Both the position numbers and the translations under genes were made by a program. 64,000 nt of DNA, from NCBI GenBank assembly GCA_028534125.1, contig CM052817.1:61134001-61198000 (forward strand), read 5' to 3'. Below the pieces are notes generated by a model. The model was not told where the DNA came from and ran no database searches. It was given only the letters and a program-made list of their open reading frames with translations. This document shows positions 1-12,549 of the stretch, piece after piece. The stretch's first letter is position 1. Each line of letters begins with the position of its first letter. The stretch is from Lama glama (taxonomy: Eukaryota).

Positions 1-545
1 ATGATAGAAAAATCATTAAATGGTAAAATTAGGGAAGGGGAATATGGGTGTCCATTGAACTACTGTCTTAGTGTTTCTCTGGGTCAGAAAAATTTCAAAA
101 TTAAAAAATAAATTAACAACTAAAAAAGTATATTTAGGGCCCAGAATCACATTTTGTTCTAGAAAAACAAATGATATTATTCCCTTTAGAGCTGCATATA
201 GTTTAACTGATACCAATTCCAAAAAGACTAGGAAACAAAGAAACTCATTCTAAGATGCTGATAAGGATTTTGGAGTTTTCTTGAGCAGCAGATACTTACA
301 TTGTAGCCAGATCTAAAACTTAAGGGAAGATCTGCTAAAGACTTAACTTCTGTATTTTAACCACTTTTGTACAAATATTATATAAAGTCTCTTTGTTGAT
401 CCTACTGACTGGTGGGGTATGAAGGGAGGGCATGGGCAGGAAAGAGAGAGGGCAGAGAAAGGCATCCCCTGCCCCCAGGAAACTCAAAACGGCATCTGAG
501 CACCCAAGATTTAGTCCTGTCTCATCTCCAAGATACAAAGGCCTT

Positions 546-606
546 GTGCTGTACACCAGAAATTGACACAATATTGTAAACTGACTACAACTCAATTAAA
601 AAAAAA
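546..606 (+). mobile_element. Extremely 5'-truncated young L1 3' end with poly-A and 16-bp TSD
   Basis: TSD aagatacaaaggcctt at 530-545 and 607-622. Body resembles the 3' tip of the L1 at ~24345-24410. Confidence 0.85.
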
Positions 607-762
607 AAGATACAAAGGCCTTTATGAGTTTCTAAGTTCTTCCTATGCAAAGGCCTGAAACTGGGATGTGCATGCAAGTTAATAAATAGTATTTTATATA
701 TTATGTATATTATTCTTCTAACAATTACAATTATTCAAATCATTACTAAGAAATTCCTTCTA

Positions 763-961
763 CAAACAGGTACAAACTACTGTGTATAAAATAAATAAGC
801 TACAAGAATATATTGTATTGGATAAGGAATACAGCTAGAATTTTATAATAACTTGAAATGGAGTATAATCTATAAAAATTTTGAATCACTGTCTTATATA
901 CCTGAAACTAATATAATATTGAAAATCAACTATACTTCAAATTTTTAAAAACCTAAAAAAA
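763..961 (+). mobile_element. L1 3' UTR fragment
   Basis: L1-type 3' end (cctgaaactaatataatattg...aactatacttcaa) with A-tail. Diverged TSD 748-762 / 962-976. Confidence 0.8.
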
Positions 962-3183
962 AAGTTATTCCTTCTATAATATATACATATCTATAGAAAA
1001 GCATTAACACCAACTTATTATGCCCCAACTTGAGTCCTTTTGTTTAGATATCTGTTAATACTTCTCTATTGTTTGAAGATTTGAACAATGAACATATTCT
1101 TCTACTGAAGTTCAAGTTCCTGAAAATCTTCTGGATTGCTCGAAGGAGAGTGCTCCTTTCTAAGACACACACCAGGCTGCTTCCTTACACCCTTCATCTC
1201 ATTTTCATCAGGATCCAAATACAAACACACTCCAATCTTTATCAACATGCATTAGTTTATCTTAGCTCTATCCCGGAAAAGGAATTCTGAGTACTTCATT
1301 TATTAATCTCCACAGTGATGCAAACCATATCCTCAATGCTCTGTTATGTTCACAGCCTGGCATTTTTTTAACTAGGGTGAATTCTGATACAGGTGCAACT
1401 TCCTTGAAAATGGAAGGGCCGAAGGTAAAGTTTGTCATTAAGGCAGAGTCTGTTTACTCATAGAATTCTAGGAAAATAAATTATAACACAAATTACACCA
1501 TCTTTACCATAGTAACATCATTCAGATGAGGGGAAAATTTTTTTTTGAGGACTTAGCCTCTGGGTTTCCTTGATGTATAAATAGCCCTTTGGCTTTCAGT
1601 GCATTCTCTTAAAGGTAACCATAAAGAAACTACAATTAACAGTAATTTGTTCTTAGAGCCGCTTTTACAAGGTGTCAAATATTATCTTGCTTTGTTTACT
1701 TGCACTCCTTTTACAAAGCCATGCTTTAGTTGATCTGTTTCTTCTAGCGTCCTTTGGAAAGTTATCACAAATAGTGTACATTTCCCAGTGAATGGAATCT
1801 TTAACAATGACGCTATTTTCATACACACAGAAAGAAACTACTAGAAAAAATGTGAAACAATAGGAATTTGTTTTGACAACCTCCTATCATATAGATTTTC
1901 TAGATTGACAATACAAAGCAGTTTCATTGATTTGTTTGTCACTTTTGTTGTTGTTTTTGCTTAGTATGGAGATATGTTTGGTTGTGGTTTTTTCCTCCCC
2001 TATAGAATTTATCATTTTCTTTTAATAAATTGGCCAATAAACTTAGTCAATCTTAGGTCAGTGATCAAGGAGAGAGAAAGATTTTCATATACATTACTTG
2101 AAAGTGATTTATCTGCAAATTAATTCTCAAAACACATTAATTTAGAAAAGAAAAGAATTTCAGACCAAGTGGTAAATCTACTAGTTGCTTCAGCAACTAA
2201 AGTCAGCTTAAGTGTGATTTAAAAAATTCACTGCAGGTTCCTTAGTGATCACATATAGTGGTCATATCCTCAAAATATTTTGAAAATAGGGAAAACACAA
2301 TGCTATAAAGTTATAATCGTCCTAGGGAAGAACTGCTCAGGTGACTAGTATCTGGAGGAAGAGAGACCACTGGCCTCACACCATCACAGGACTAAGTACG
2401 TTATTTATTTTATATCACCAAATAATAATCTCAGATTACAGTCCCATGAAGATTCTGTAATTGACATTTCACAAGGATCCCAAATATTGTGACTCAAGCT
2501 GAGTGTAAGTATTCTGAATACTGAGTAGCCTGTTATTTGTCTCATAGAATGGAAGCTTATAAGATAATGCCTTATACTTCTTTACTTACTAGATTCTGTT
2601 CATTTCATTATTGAATCCAGCCTATCACAAATGTCAAAGGAAAATGAAAGATCTTTATTTTTCTCAGTTTTAATAATGTCTAAAAACAAAATAAAATCAG
2701 TCACAGTTTCACTCAGTATAGTTCTCTAAAAAGTTAAATTATAACTCTTCATTACATTTTTAGAAAATTGAGGGTTTTCCTGTTTCTTCTTCAGGGGAAC
2801 AGAATAAACATATATAAAAAAAAAGAAACAATAAATATACATGAGAAAGAATTTGTAGTTCTAAAAATTAGAAAACAAAACAGCCAAATGAAACCATCTT
2901 TAGCTGCCCTAGAGCGGGGGAAAAAAAAAGGCTTCAAAATGGCTTGATCTTGAAAGTCAATAAATATAAGCTCCCTGTATTCCCACTGAAGGATCTCAAC
3001 AGAACTCTACAAGCTGCCACTACTACGCAAATTTTGGATGATTAGGCATAACAATGGAGTAGGGGTATCAGAAAGCATGTAAGGGAAAAGATAGCTGAGT
3101 TAGGGGGAGCTGTTACCAGATACAATAGCTTCTGCATAAAGCCTGCCAGAAGCCACAGTACTGCTCTACTCTGCAAAGGAAGT

Positions 3184-3200
3184 GTGGCATCTAGTGGACA
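3184..3200 (-). promoter_or_regulatory. CTCF-like motif
   Basis: Minus strand reads TGTCCACTAGATGCCAC, close to the CTCF core CCACYAGRKGGCR. Confidence 0.5.
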
Positions 3201-4206
3201 GTTCGTTTCTGCAATACCTTCCTATATTTTGCAGAGCAATAGATAATGATACAGGGTAGATCTTTGTGGCTTAACTGTCTTGTTGTTGCTATTGTTTTAA
3301 ATAAGCCATGTCTTCACCTTCCATGTTAAGTGTGTTTTTTTATACTAACTTGGCAATAAAATCAAGCTGTCCTTATGAAAAAAACTTGTTTAGAATCTAT
3401 AGTTCTACAAAGTGATTATTATCTGAGTGTTTATCTTTATTTTGAAAAATACTGCAATACGAGATTACTAAATTATATTCACATGAAATAAAATCTATTT
3501 TGTTTTTTTTGGAATATTAAGTTTCACAAAATGTGAAATGCTGTAAGAAAGTTAGAACACAAATTTTAGAGTGTGAATGTATTGTTTCATATGAAAATAT
3601 TCTACAAATCAAATTTCAAGTATAATAGATATTGCATTGAAATTCACAGAGTTCTAAAGTATATGTTCAGTTCATTTTGGAAAACAATATTTTCAAAATA
3701 AGGTATTTTAAGTTACAAATTAGAAACAAATTTCAGGCTTTGTTGATTTTAGTTATTCACTGGCAAAAGTTAGACATGGTTCCAATAAAAATTTACTGTT
3801 AAACATTTATCATGACTCAAAATACATTAACTTACTACATTATGAAATCGTATTTCAAAATTCACCTCTGTCTTGTCAAATCAGCGAAATATTTTAAAAA
3901 ACGTATAACTGTACAACTCGGTTTTTATTAAAAGTTGAACAACTTCAAAATAGTTTAGTGCTCTTCTATGAATTGACTAAACTCTTAAGTTATTAAAAAC
4001 TCTAAGCAACATTTTGCTCTACTCTAAAATATTGTTTGTCTACTATTGATACCTCAGTGTTTCCATAGATTTGCTTGTATAGAATTGGCCTTTCAGCAAT
4101 AGGAAACTTTGAAGAATAATTTGTGAATTTCAGGCAGGCAGTCTGAAACGCCTTAGGTTTTTCATCAATTGGGGGAATAGAAGCATATACTTCTGTTTGA
4201 GGTTTG

Positions 4207-4238
4207 GTCCCCTCTAGTGGACATCAAGTAACACTGAA
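4207..4238 (-). promoter_or_regulatory. CTCF-like motif with possible upstream module
   Basis: Minus strand reads TTCAGTGTT-ACTTGA-TGTCCACTAGAGGGGAC. Confidence 0.5.
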
Positions 4239-5149
4239 ATTGAAATTCTTATCTAATATTCCAGTGGTCAAAGTAATTGAGACTAGTTGTAGGTTCAGCT
4301 GAGAGAACTAAAGTAGTTATGCTTCTGTGACATGTTTGAACCTTGCAGTTCATTCTTAACTTGGTATCTAACCATCCATTGTTCAAATATGGGTAAACGG
4401 CCTTTAAAGAATCTGTAAATCCATGAAAAAAGTATACAGTTCCAAACTAAATGTTTTGATGATTTGAAAAATATTGAAATGATATTTATTTGGAAACATT
4501 TTTACTTACTTCTAAGCTAGACAAATGACAAGTCTTTGTTTCATGAGACTTTTGTAAAGGTAGGAATATGCCTTCTTTTACTTCCTAAAAGGCACATCAC
4601 TTTGAAGACTAAACAGTGGCTTACAAAGTGTGCAACAACATTTCTTAAAGGGAAAGCACTTCTTTCCCATGTAGTGATACTCCTTTGCACATAATATTCC
4701 TTCCACACCTTTCTAGAATACATGAATGAAAGAGAAAATGAAATGGAAAGAATCAATGAATTTTTAATGTAATATTTGTTTTTAACAAAACTCTTAATAA
4801 AAGTTTAATAAAAACTTCAAAAAAAGAGGGGGAAGGGGAAGAGAAAGGTGGTGAGAGGCAAAGAGAAGTGAATGGAGTTGCTTTGCAATCTCAGGGAAAA
4901 AGAAGGATTCCCCTGGCATGAGCATTTCAGCACTGTACTATAAAATAGCCACGGCAACCAAACAAAATGCATTCTACAGACATAGCTGCAAACAGCATCA
5001 ATAGCAATTACAACAGGGTTTTCACAGATATTAAATGTGAAAGTTTCCCATAATTTCTAAAGCACCACACAAATACAAGGTAGTGTTTATTAGTATTGCT
5101 GTCTTTAGAACCAGAGATAATAGCTAAGACTTATAGAGTCTGTTACAAA

Positions 5150-5355
5150 CTGGTAAACACAGTTTTAACTGGTATATAATACATCATTTCATTTGAGCCT
5201 CATAACAACCCTATAAAGTGGGCTTTATTTTATCCTAATTTGCATAAGAGGAAAATGAGGTACAGAGAAGTTAATTGCCCAAAGTCACTCAATTAGGAGA
5301 TAGTAAAGGAAGGATTCACCCAGTAATCCTAGCTCCTAACTCTGTGTGCTTAACC
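5150..5355 (-). mobile_element. MIR SINE
   Basis: cctcataacaaccctat...gaggaaaatgaggtacagagaagttaattgcccaaagtcac resembles the reverse-complemented MIR core. Confidence 0.8.
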
Positions 5356-6407
5356 TTTGAATCTCTTGAAAATAACACTGGTAATGCAGTAATAGTAATG
5401 TCAATAAGAATATGGTAAGCAAATATATTAAGTGCATACATTAGAACTAAATTATTATGACCTCAATTTGGGATAAATTCTACTTCAAAATTACAAGCAT
5501 CACTGTCATACATTATAGGCATTGATGCTGCCCTTTAGAGTTACTTTTATATTTGAGAAAACAAGCAGCAAAACTGCCCTCTTGCAGAATCAGCTTGTTG
5601 CCATGGATTAATATTTAGAATGAAAACAGGAAAATGAGAAGCCTCTGTACCAACTTGTAATGAGAAAAAATGTATTTAATCCAAGATATTCATTTATTCT
5701 TTCATAAAAATTTTTTAAGCAGTGAACCACTTATAACTTTTCAAAGCCATTGGATTAAAAGGAGATTTACCTTTTCCTTTAAAAATTGCTTGCATGTAAG
5801 TTTGGAACTTCCCCAGTTCTGGGTGACAAAAGGTGCAGGTTTATACAAATGTATTTTCTCCAGAGGATATTTGAAAGTGGATTAGTTATATCAAACATTA
5901 AATAAATAGTACCAATTTCAAGAAGTTATAAAAGGTCAAAATATCAAATCTGCCATAATAGCACCATTGACACATTTTAACAAAAATCTTTATAGTATTC
6001 ATTTTCCCCACAACAAAAATAATGTCTTCCTATTTCATGATTAATTAAGTTCTATCTTTTGTAATAATGTTAATTTTAGTGGTATGATCTGATAAAGAGG
6101 AATTACAAAGCTCAAATTACATGAACTTCTTATACAAGAAAAGATAAAAACTGATCTTTCATAAATTCCCTCTTTTGCAGTTGATGTTTCTGATTGCTTT
6201 ACAAGTGGGATTTTTTTTACTTTTAATAGAACCTCAACAACATAAATATCAACATATTAGAGCAAATACCGAAAATATCCCAACAGAGTAGGTTATTCAA
6301 AGAATAAATGACCAAAGAATAAACATGGGTAATAAAGGAAGTGAACAGAAGCCACAAAAATGAGGTATCCAGAACTGCTTTAGGTGTTTAAGTTATTATC
6401 TTATTTG

Positions 6408-6558
6408 AGTGATTCTTAAACCTTGGCTACCAGCCCAGCATCGTAATAGTCACCAGCATACCTGTTAGAAATGCAAATTCTCAAGCCCACATCAGAACTA
6501 CTCAGTCTAAAATACTGAAGGTGGGGCCCAGCAATCAGTGTTTTAGTAAGACTTCCAA
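6408..6558. mobile_element. MER5A-like hAT-Charlie MITE
   Basis: Contains tgttagaaatgcaaattctc...ggtggggcccagcaatcagtgtttt. Confidence 0.75.
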
Positions 6559-8504
6559 CAATCCAATTTAATCCTCACAATGACCCTATGAAATTAATAA
6601 TTTCTAATGGTACCAGAAGGGAGAGAGGTCCAACTGTGTGTTGCCTACAAAAGAAACATTTTAGATTCAAAGACACAAATAGGTTTAAAGTAAAAAGATG
6701 AATAAAAAAGATACAATATGCAATTAATAACCATAAGAGAGCTGTAGTGGGTACACTAATATCAGACAGAAAAGACTTTAAGACAGAAGGTATTACCAGA
6801 GACAAAGAGTGGCATTTTAAGATGAAAGGATCAATTCATCAGAATGATAAAACAATTATAAACATATATACATCCAACAATTGAGCCTCAAAATATATGA
6901 AACAAAAGTGACAGAACTGAAGGGAGAAATACATAATTTAAGAATAATAAATACTCTACTCTTAATAATAAAGAATAGAGCACTAAACAGAAAATTAACA
7001 TGGATATAGAAGATCTGGATAGTACTATCAACCAACCTGACTCAACTGACATGTATAGTACACTCCAGCCAACAACAGAAGAATAATTTGTAAGTGTACA
7101 TGCAACATCCTCCAGAATAGACCATATGTTAGACCATAAAACAAGTCTTGATAAATTTAAAAAGATTAACACCATGCAAAGTATGGTCTCTGACCGTAAG
7201 AGAATTAAATTAGATATTAAAATAGGACAAAATATGGGAAATCTACAAATATTTAGAAAATTTTAAATGGACTTCTAAATAACCAAGAAGAAATCATGAA
7301 GGAAACTAGAAAATATTTTGAGCTGAATAGACATGAAAACATACCATATTTAGGAGATGTTGCTAAATCAGTATTTAGAGGGAAATGTGCATCTTAGAAA
7401 GGGAACAGAAAAACTAAGTAGATCTAGCAAGTAAAGAAATTAAACTAGCAATTAAAAATCTTAAAAAAAAAGATTTCAGGCCTAGATGGCTTCACTGAAG
7501 TTCTTCTAAACATTTAAAGAATAATACCAATCCTTCACAAGTTCTTCTAGAAAATAGAAAAGAAAGTAACACAGCACATTCTATATGAATATTTTTATGT
7601 TAGAAAAAAAGAAAAACTGACCAAGAGAAAAATTACCAAAGTCAGAAATGAAAGAGGAGACATCATTAACGATTTTACAGAAATTTAAATTATCATAAGG
7701 GAATGCTATGAACAACACTATGCCAATAAACTGGACAGCTAAGATGAAATGGATAAATTCCTAAAAAAGACAAAAATGCTTTTTTAATTCCTAAAAAAGA
7801 CTTAGAAAAATGGAAAAACTGAATTTACCTATGACAAATAAAGAAACTGAATAATTTGAAATCTTCCCACAAAAATAAAGTTCAAGCCTACATGGCTTCA
7901 ATGATAAATTCCACCAAATATTTAAAGAAGAAACAATATCAGTCTTTCCCACATTCTTCCCAAAGACAGAGGAGAAGGAAACACTCCCCAACTTATTCTA
8001 CGAAACCAATATTATCCTGATACCAAAGCCAAAGACATCGTAAGAAAACTACAAACTAATATCCCTCATGAATATATGCACAAAAGCCCTCAACAATCTC
8101 TTAGCAAACCAAATCCAGGAAAATACAAAAAGGATAATGCACCATGACCAAGTGGGATTTAAACACAGAATGAAAGGTTGGCTTAATATCCAAGTAGAAA
8201 TTAATGTGATATATTATTAATAGAATAAAAAACAAAACACACATGATCCTCTTAAAAGATGCAAGGTACTTGACAAAATTCAGTCATAAAAAAAACAAAA
8301 ACTCTCAACAGCTAAGAATAGAAGGGAACAGCTAAGAATAGAAGGGAAGTTTCTTAACCTCATAAAAGGAATCCATGAAAACCTATAGCTAACAGCATGT
8401 TAATGACTAAAAGACTGAGTGCTTTCCTAAGAACAAGGCAAGGATATTTGCTCTCATCGCTTCTTTTCAACATTGTCCCAGAGATTCTAAGCAAGGTGAT
8501 AAAG

Positions 8505-8831
8505 TATTATAGACTAAATGTTTGTGTCGCCCCAAAATTCATATGTTGAAACCTAATCCCCAGTTGGATAGCATTTGGAGGTGGGGTTTTGGGAAATGGA
8601 TTTCTGGGAGGGATTAGTGCCCTAACAATAGAGACTCCAGAGAGTTACCTTGCCCTTCCATCCTGTGAATACTCAAGAGAGTAAGTGGCTGTCTATGAAT
8701 AGGGAAGCTGGTCCTCAACAGACACCAAGTGCCTTAATCTTGGCTCCAAACTTCAGAACTATGAGAAAAATATTGTTTATGCCACCCAGTTTATGGTATT
8801 TTTATTATCATAGCCCAAACAGACTAAAACA
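8505..8831 (+). mobile_element. MLT1A-type MaLR solo LTR inside L1
   Basis: Starts tattatagactaaatgtttgtgtcgccccaaaattcatatgttgaaacctaatcccc and ends agcccaaacagactaaaaca. L1 resumes afterwards. Confidence 0.85.
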
Positions 8832-8980
8832 ACAGGCAAGGAAAAGAAAGAGAGAGAGAAGGAGAGAAAGAGAAAAAGAGGGAGGAAAAATGGAAGAAAG
8901 AGTGTATGAGAAAGGAATAAGTAAAAAATTATCTTTATTCACAAGCAACATGATCTGATATGTAGAAAATTCCAAAGAAT

Positions 8981-9005
8981 ACACACACACACACACACAC
9001 ACACA
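8981..9005. repeat. (AC)n microsatellite
   Basis: About 12 AC units. Confidence 0.95.
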
Positions 9006-9892
9006 AAACAACAAAAACTCAATGACAGAAAAAAGAAATAAGACAATTTAAAAGTAGGCGAAAGACTGGAACAGACATTTCATCAATAAACATACGAAAA
9101 AAGTCAACTAATTATTAGGAAAATGCAAATTAAAATCACTTCATACCCACTAGGATGACTATAAAAAAGACAAGTGTTAGAGAGGATATAGAAACTAGAA
9201 CTCTCAAACTGCAGTCACTTAAAATTTTGGCATTTTCTTTAAAAATTAAACATAAACTTACTCTACAACTTGCATTTCTAGTTCCAAGTATGTACCCCTG
9301 AGAAACAAAAGCACATGTCCACACGAAGACTTGACCATGAATGTTTATAGTAGCATTACGTATAACTGCCAAAGGTGGAAAATTTTTAGACAATCATCAA
9401 CTGGTAAACAGATAAACAGAACGTGGTGGTATGTCTATGTATTGGAATTATATTCTGCAATAAACAGAAACAAAATATTCGAACAGATAAACCTCAAATA
9501 TTTTGCTATAAGAAAGAAGATAGCCACAAAAGACCACATATCAGAGGATTCTATTTATATTAAAAGCCTAGAAAAGGCATACCTACAGAAACAAAAAATC
9601 AATTAGTGCTTGCCTGGGCCTGGGGAATGGGGGTTGACTACAGATGGACAGAAAGGAGCTTTTGGAGGGTGAAAGGAATGTCGTAAAACTGGGTTGTGGT
9701 AATGGTTTCACAGCTTTGTAAATTTACTTAAAAAAATCATTTAATCATACACTGAAAATGCATAGATTTTGTAGTATGTAAATTATACCTCAATCAAGCT
9801 GTTAAAAAAATTATCCTGTTTCCACAGTAAGTGATGGGTCTGAAATTTAAATTCAGGACTAACATGCTTTCAAATCTTTTATGTTCTCTCTA

Positions 9893-10122
9893 TTTTTTTT
9901 TTAATTTTTTACTGAAGTGTAGTTGATTTACAATGTTAGTTTCAGGTGTACAACAAAGTGATTCATATATATATATATATAAATATATATATATATACAC
10001 ACATATATCTATTTTCTTTTCATATCCTTTTCCATTATTATGTTATTATAAGAAACTGAATATAGTTCCCTGTGCTACACAGTAGGTTCTTGTGGTTCGT
10101 CTATTTTATATATAGTAATGTG
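9893..10122 (-). mobile_element. L1 3' end with internal (TA)n tract
   Basis: Poly-T followed by tgaagtgtagttgatttacaatgttagtttcaggtgtac. Confidence 0.85.
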
Positions 10123-10650
10123 TGCTTTATGATGACTTAATTCTATTAAAAATAGACCTTTCAGATTTGGAAGTAGCTGAGAAGTGAAATATTTTAGCAA
10201 AAGTACCTTCTAATAACAATTGGCTTGTAAGGCTTTTTTTCACGTTAACTTGCCAAAATACTTGCCTTTAAAATTGTGATTAGTCAATGATTATTCGCAG
10301 GTTGTTATCCTTAATTTGCTAACACCTTTACTAACAAAAAGCATAGAAAAAATGTTTGGGGTTCAAAACATAATACACTTTTAAAAGTGATTTGTTTTCC
10401 TTTATTCAACAAAGTAACAGATCTTATCAGCAGTATATTCATCCTGATTTCTACTCTCTTCATATTTACTTCTTGGAGTCAGAACATCACAGGCTGGGAG
10501 TGAGTCACCTTATCCAACACCTGCACATAACAGTATCCCCAATACTAATCCCACTAAGATTTTTATCTAGCTCATTTTTCTACACCTCTAATGATCCTGG
10601 CTTAATAACTAAATATGGCAATATATCAGAAAAACAGTTTTTTTACAAAA

Positions 10651-10685
10651 AAGAAGAAGAAGAAGAAGAAGAAGAAGAAGAAGAA
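10651..10685. repeat. (GAA)n microsatellite
   Basis: About 11 units. Explains the poly-E in ORF 10392..10769. Confidence 0.95.
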
Positions 10686-11075
10686 TTGTCCTATGTTTCA
10701 CAGAACAGAGTAAAGCAAACTTCTAATCCAGTATTCATGGCAAATTCTAGATGGCCTTTTCCTCTTTGAAAGTTTCCAAACCTCTTTAAACAAAACTCTT
10801 TCCCATACCCACTTCCTACACACACCCCTTGCCAGCTAAGTCCTAGTCATCCTTGTGGTCTTAGTTTTTAAAAAGTTACTTCACTTAATTATTCACTTAT
10901 TTAAAAACAAAATAAAAAACGAAAAGTACCAAGTGCATACTAGAAGTAAGGTGATCTGCTAAATTCTGAGAAATAAGTAGAGGAGAGAAATCTTACAGTT
11001 TAAAACCAATACATAACTATGTGATCTCTAAAGGATGAATGCTATGGGGATCTAATTTAAAATGGGATGACTCCA

Positions 11076-11210
11076 GGGGAAGGGTTTAGCTCAGTGGTAG
11101 AACACACGCTTAGTGTGCATGAGTTTCCGGGTTCAATCCCCAGTACCTCCATGAAAATAAATAAAAAATTTTTAAAAACCCTAATTACCTGCCCCACCCC
11201 CATCCCCCAA
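11076..11210 (+). mobile_element. tRNA-derived SINE (camelid Vic-1-like)
   Basis: A box tagctcagtggtag, B box ggttcaatccc, A-rich linker and cctaattacc tail. Diverged TSD (aaatgggatgactcc / aaggggatgcctcc). Confidence 0.9.
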
Positions 11211-12066
11211 AGGGGATGCCTCCCCAAAGGTCTGTTGGTAAGTGACATTTAAACTGAAGTCTGAAGTATAAAGAGCAACTATGAAGGTGCAGTGTGAGAA
11301 GGGTGGTCCAGATCAAAGGAATGGCATTTTGAGAAAGGAAAGAGACTACAGCTTGGGAGAACCCGAAAAAAAGCCCACTGTGGGGTTAGAACAGAGTGAG
11401 CACAATGGAGAAAGTGAATACTTTCCAGATGAAAAGGTAAATCAGGCCTTATAATCCTCATTGAGGATATCAGATTTATCTTAGAGCAACTGGAAGCCTC
11501 TGACTGGTTTCAAACAGGTAAATAGAATCAAATTTACCTCTCAAAAAGATCTCCTATTGTGTGAAGATTGGATTAAGCCAATTAAATTAAGAATACTTAA
11601 CCCCCAGATTATTAAAACTGACATTTTGTTAGGAGTGATGGATGAAGAAGGAATTAGTCATTCCAATTTCTGGTGCCCTCTAATCTCTCCTTGGTAGAAA
11701 GAGGTAGTTAATTCCTGGACTGCTTCCTCAGGAAGGGTATGATCTGTGATGTTTGTGATGCTAATGTTTTGTTTGTTTATTCTTTTTAATCACAGATCAT
11801 GGTTTGGCTGCTACTGGACCCCTCCCGCCTTTGGTTGTATGCTTAAGGGTGCTGGAAAGCACTGATAAGTAAGCAGAGTGTATACCACAACAGCATTGCC
11901 AGAACACTGTATTCCAGCAGGGGTTCTTCTAACTTTTGTTATCAAAATCAGGGGTCGGCTCCTCCATGTATCTCATCCTAGAGTGGGAACTTATTTCTCA
12001 TTCATTAAAGTATCTCTGTTTCCAAGAATAGCAACATCAAAGAGCCACATCAGAAACCAGCATGTT

Positions 12067-12549
12067 GCATAGCAAAGGGAAACATCAACAAAACAAAAAG
12101 ACAACTTACAGAATGGGAGAATGTATGTGCAAATGATATGACTGATAAGGGGTTAACATTCAACATATATAAACAGCTCATACAACTCAACATCAAAAAT
12201 ACAAACAACCTAATTAAAAAATGGGTAGAAGACCTGAACAGACATATTTCCAAAGAAGATATACAGATGGCCAACAGGCATATGAAAAGATGCTCAGCAT
12301 CACTAATCATCAGAGAAATGCAAATCAAAACCACAATGAGATATCACCTGACATCTGTCAGAATGGCTATCATCAAAAAGACCACAAATAAAAAGTGTTG
12401 GTGAGGACGTGGAAAAAAGGGAACCCTTGTACACTGTTGGTGGGAATGTAAATTGGTGCAGCCACTGTAGAAAATAGTATAAAGTTTCTCAAAAAAATAA
12501 AAATAAAAACAGAACCACCATATGATTCAGCAATTTCACTCTTGGGTAT
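12067..12549 (+). mobile_element. L1 ORF2 C-terminal fragment
   Basis: ORF 12138..12404 (..[41 protein letters not shown]) is typical of L1 ORF2p. Confidence 0.92.

Larger units (their letters stand above)
6628..9810 (+). mobile_element. Old degenerate L1 (ORF2 endonuclease/RT remnants through 3' end), interrupted by an MLT1A LTR
   Basis: A-rich ORF2-like sequence (tgttgcctacaaaagaaacattttagattcaaagacac; ccatgaccaagtgggattt) and an old L1M-type 3' end (gtatgtaaattatacctcaat). Many stops and internal deletions. Confidence 0.85.

Noticed and set aside
10392..10769. 125-aa ORF with poly-Glu
   Set aside because: Poly-E comes from a (GAA)n microsatellite. Non-ATG start and no recognisable homology.
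11076..11150. tRNA-like sequences (also ~14165-14238, 31568-31638, 33586-33662, 54510-54580)
   Set aside because: They are SINE heads: shared non-tRNA tail, TSDs and diverged stems. Not tRNA genes.
11628..12025. Possible ancient LTR
   Set aside because: LTR-like by impression only. No TSD or family could be supported.
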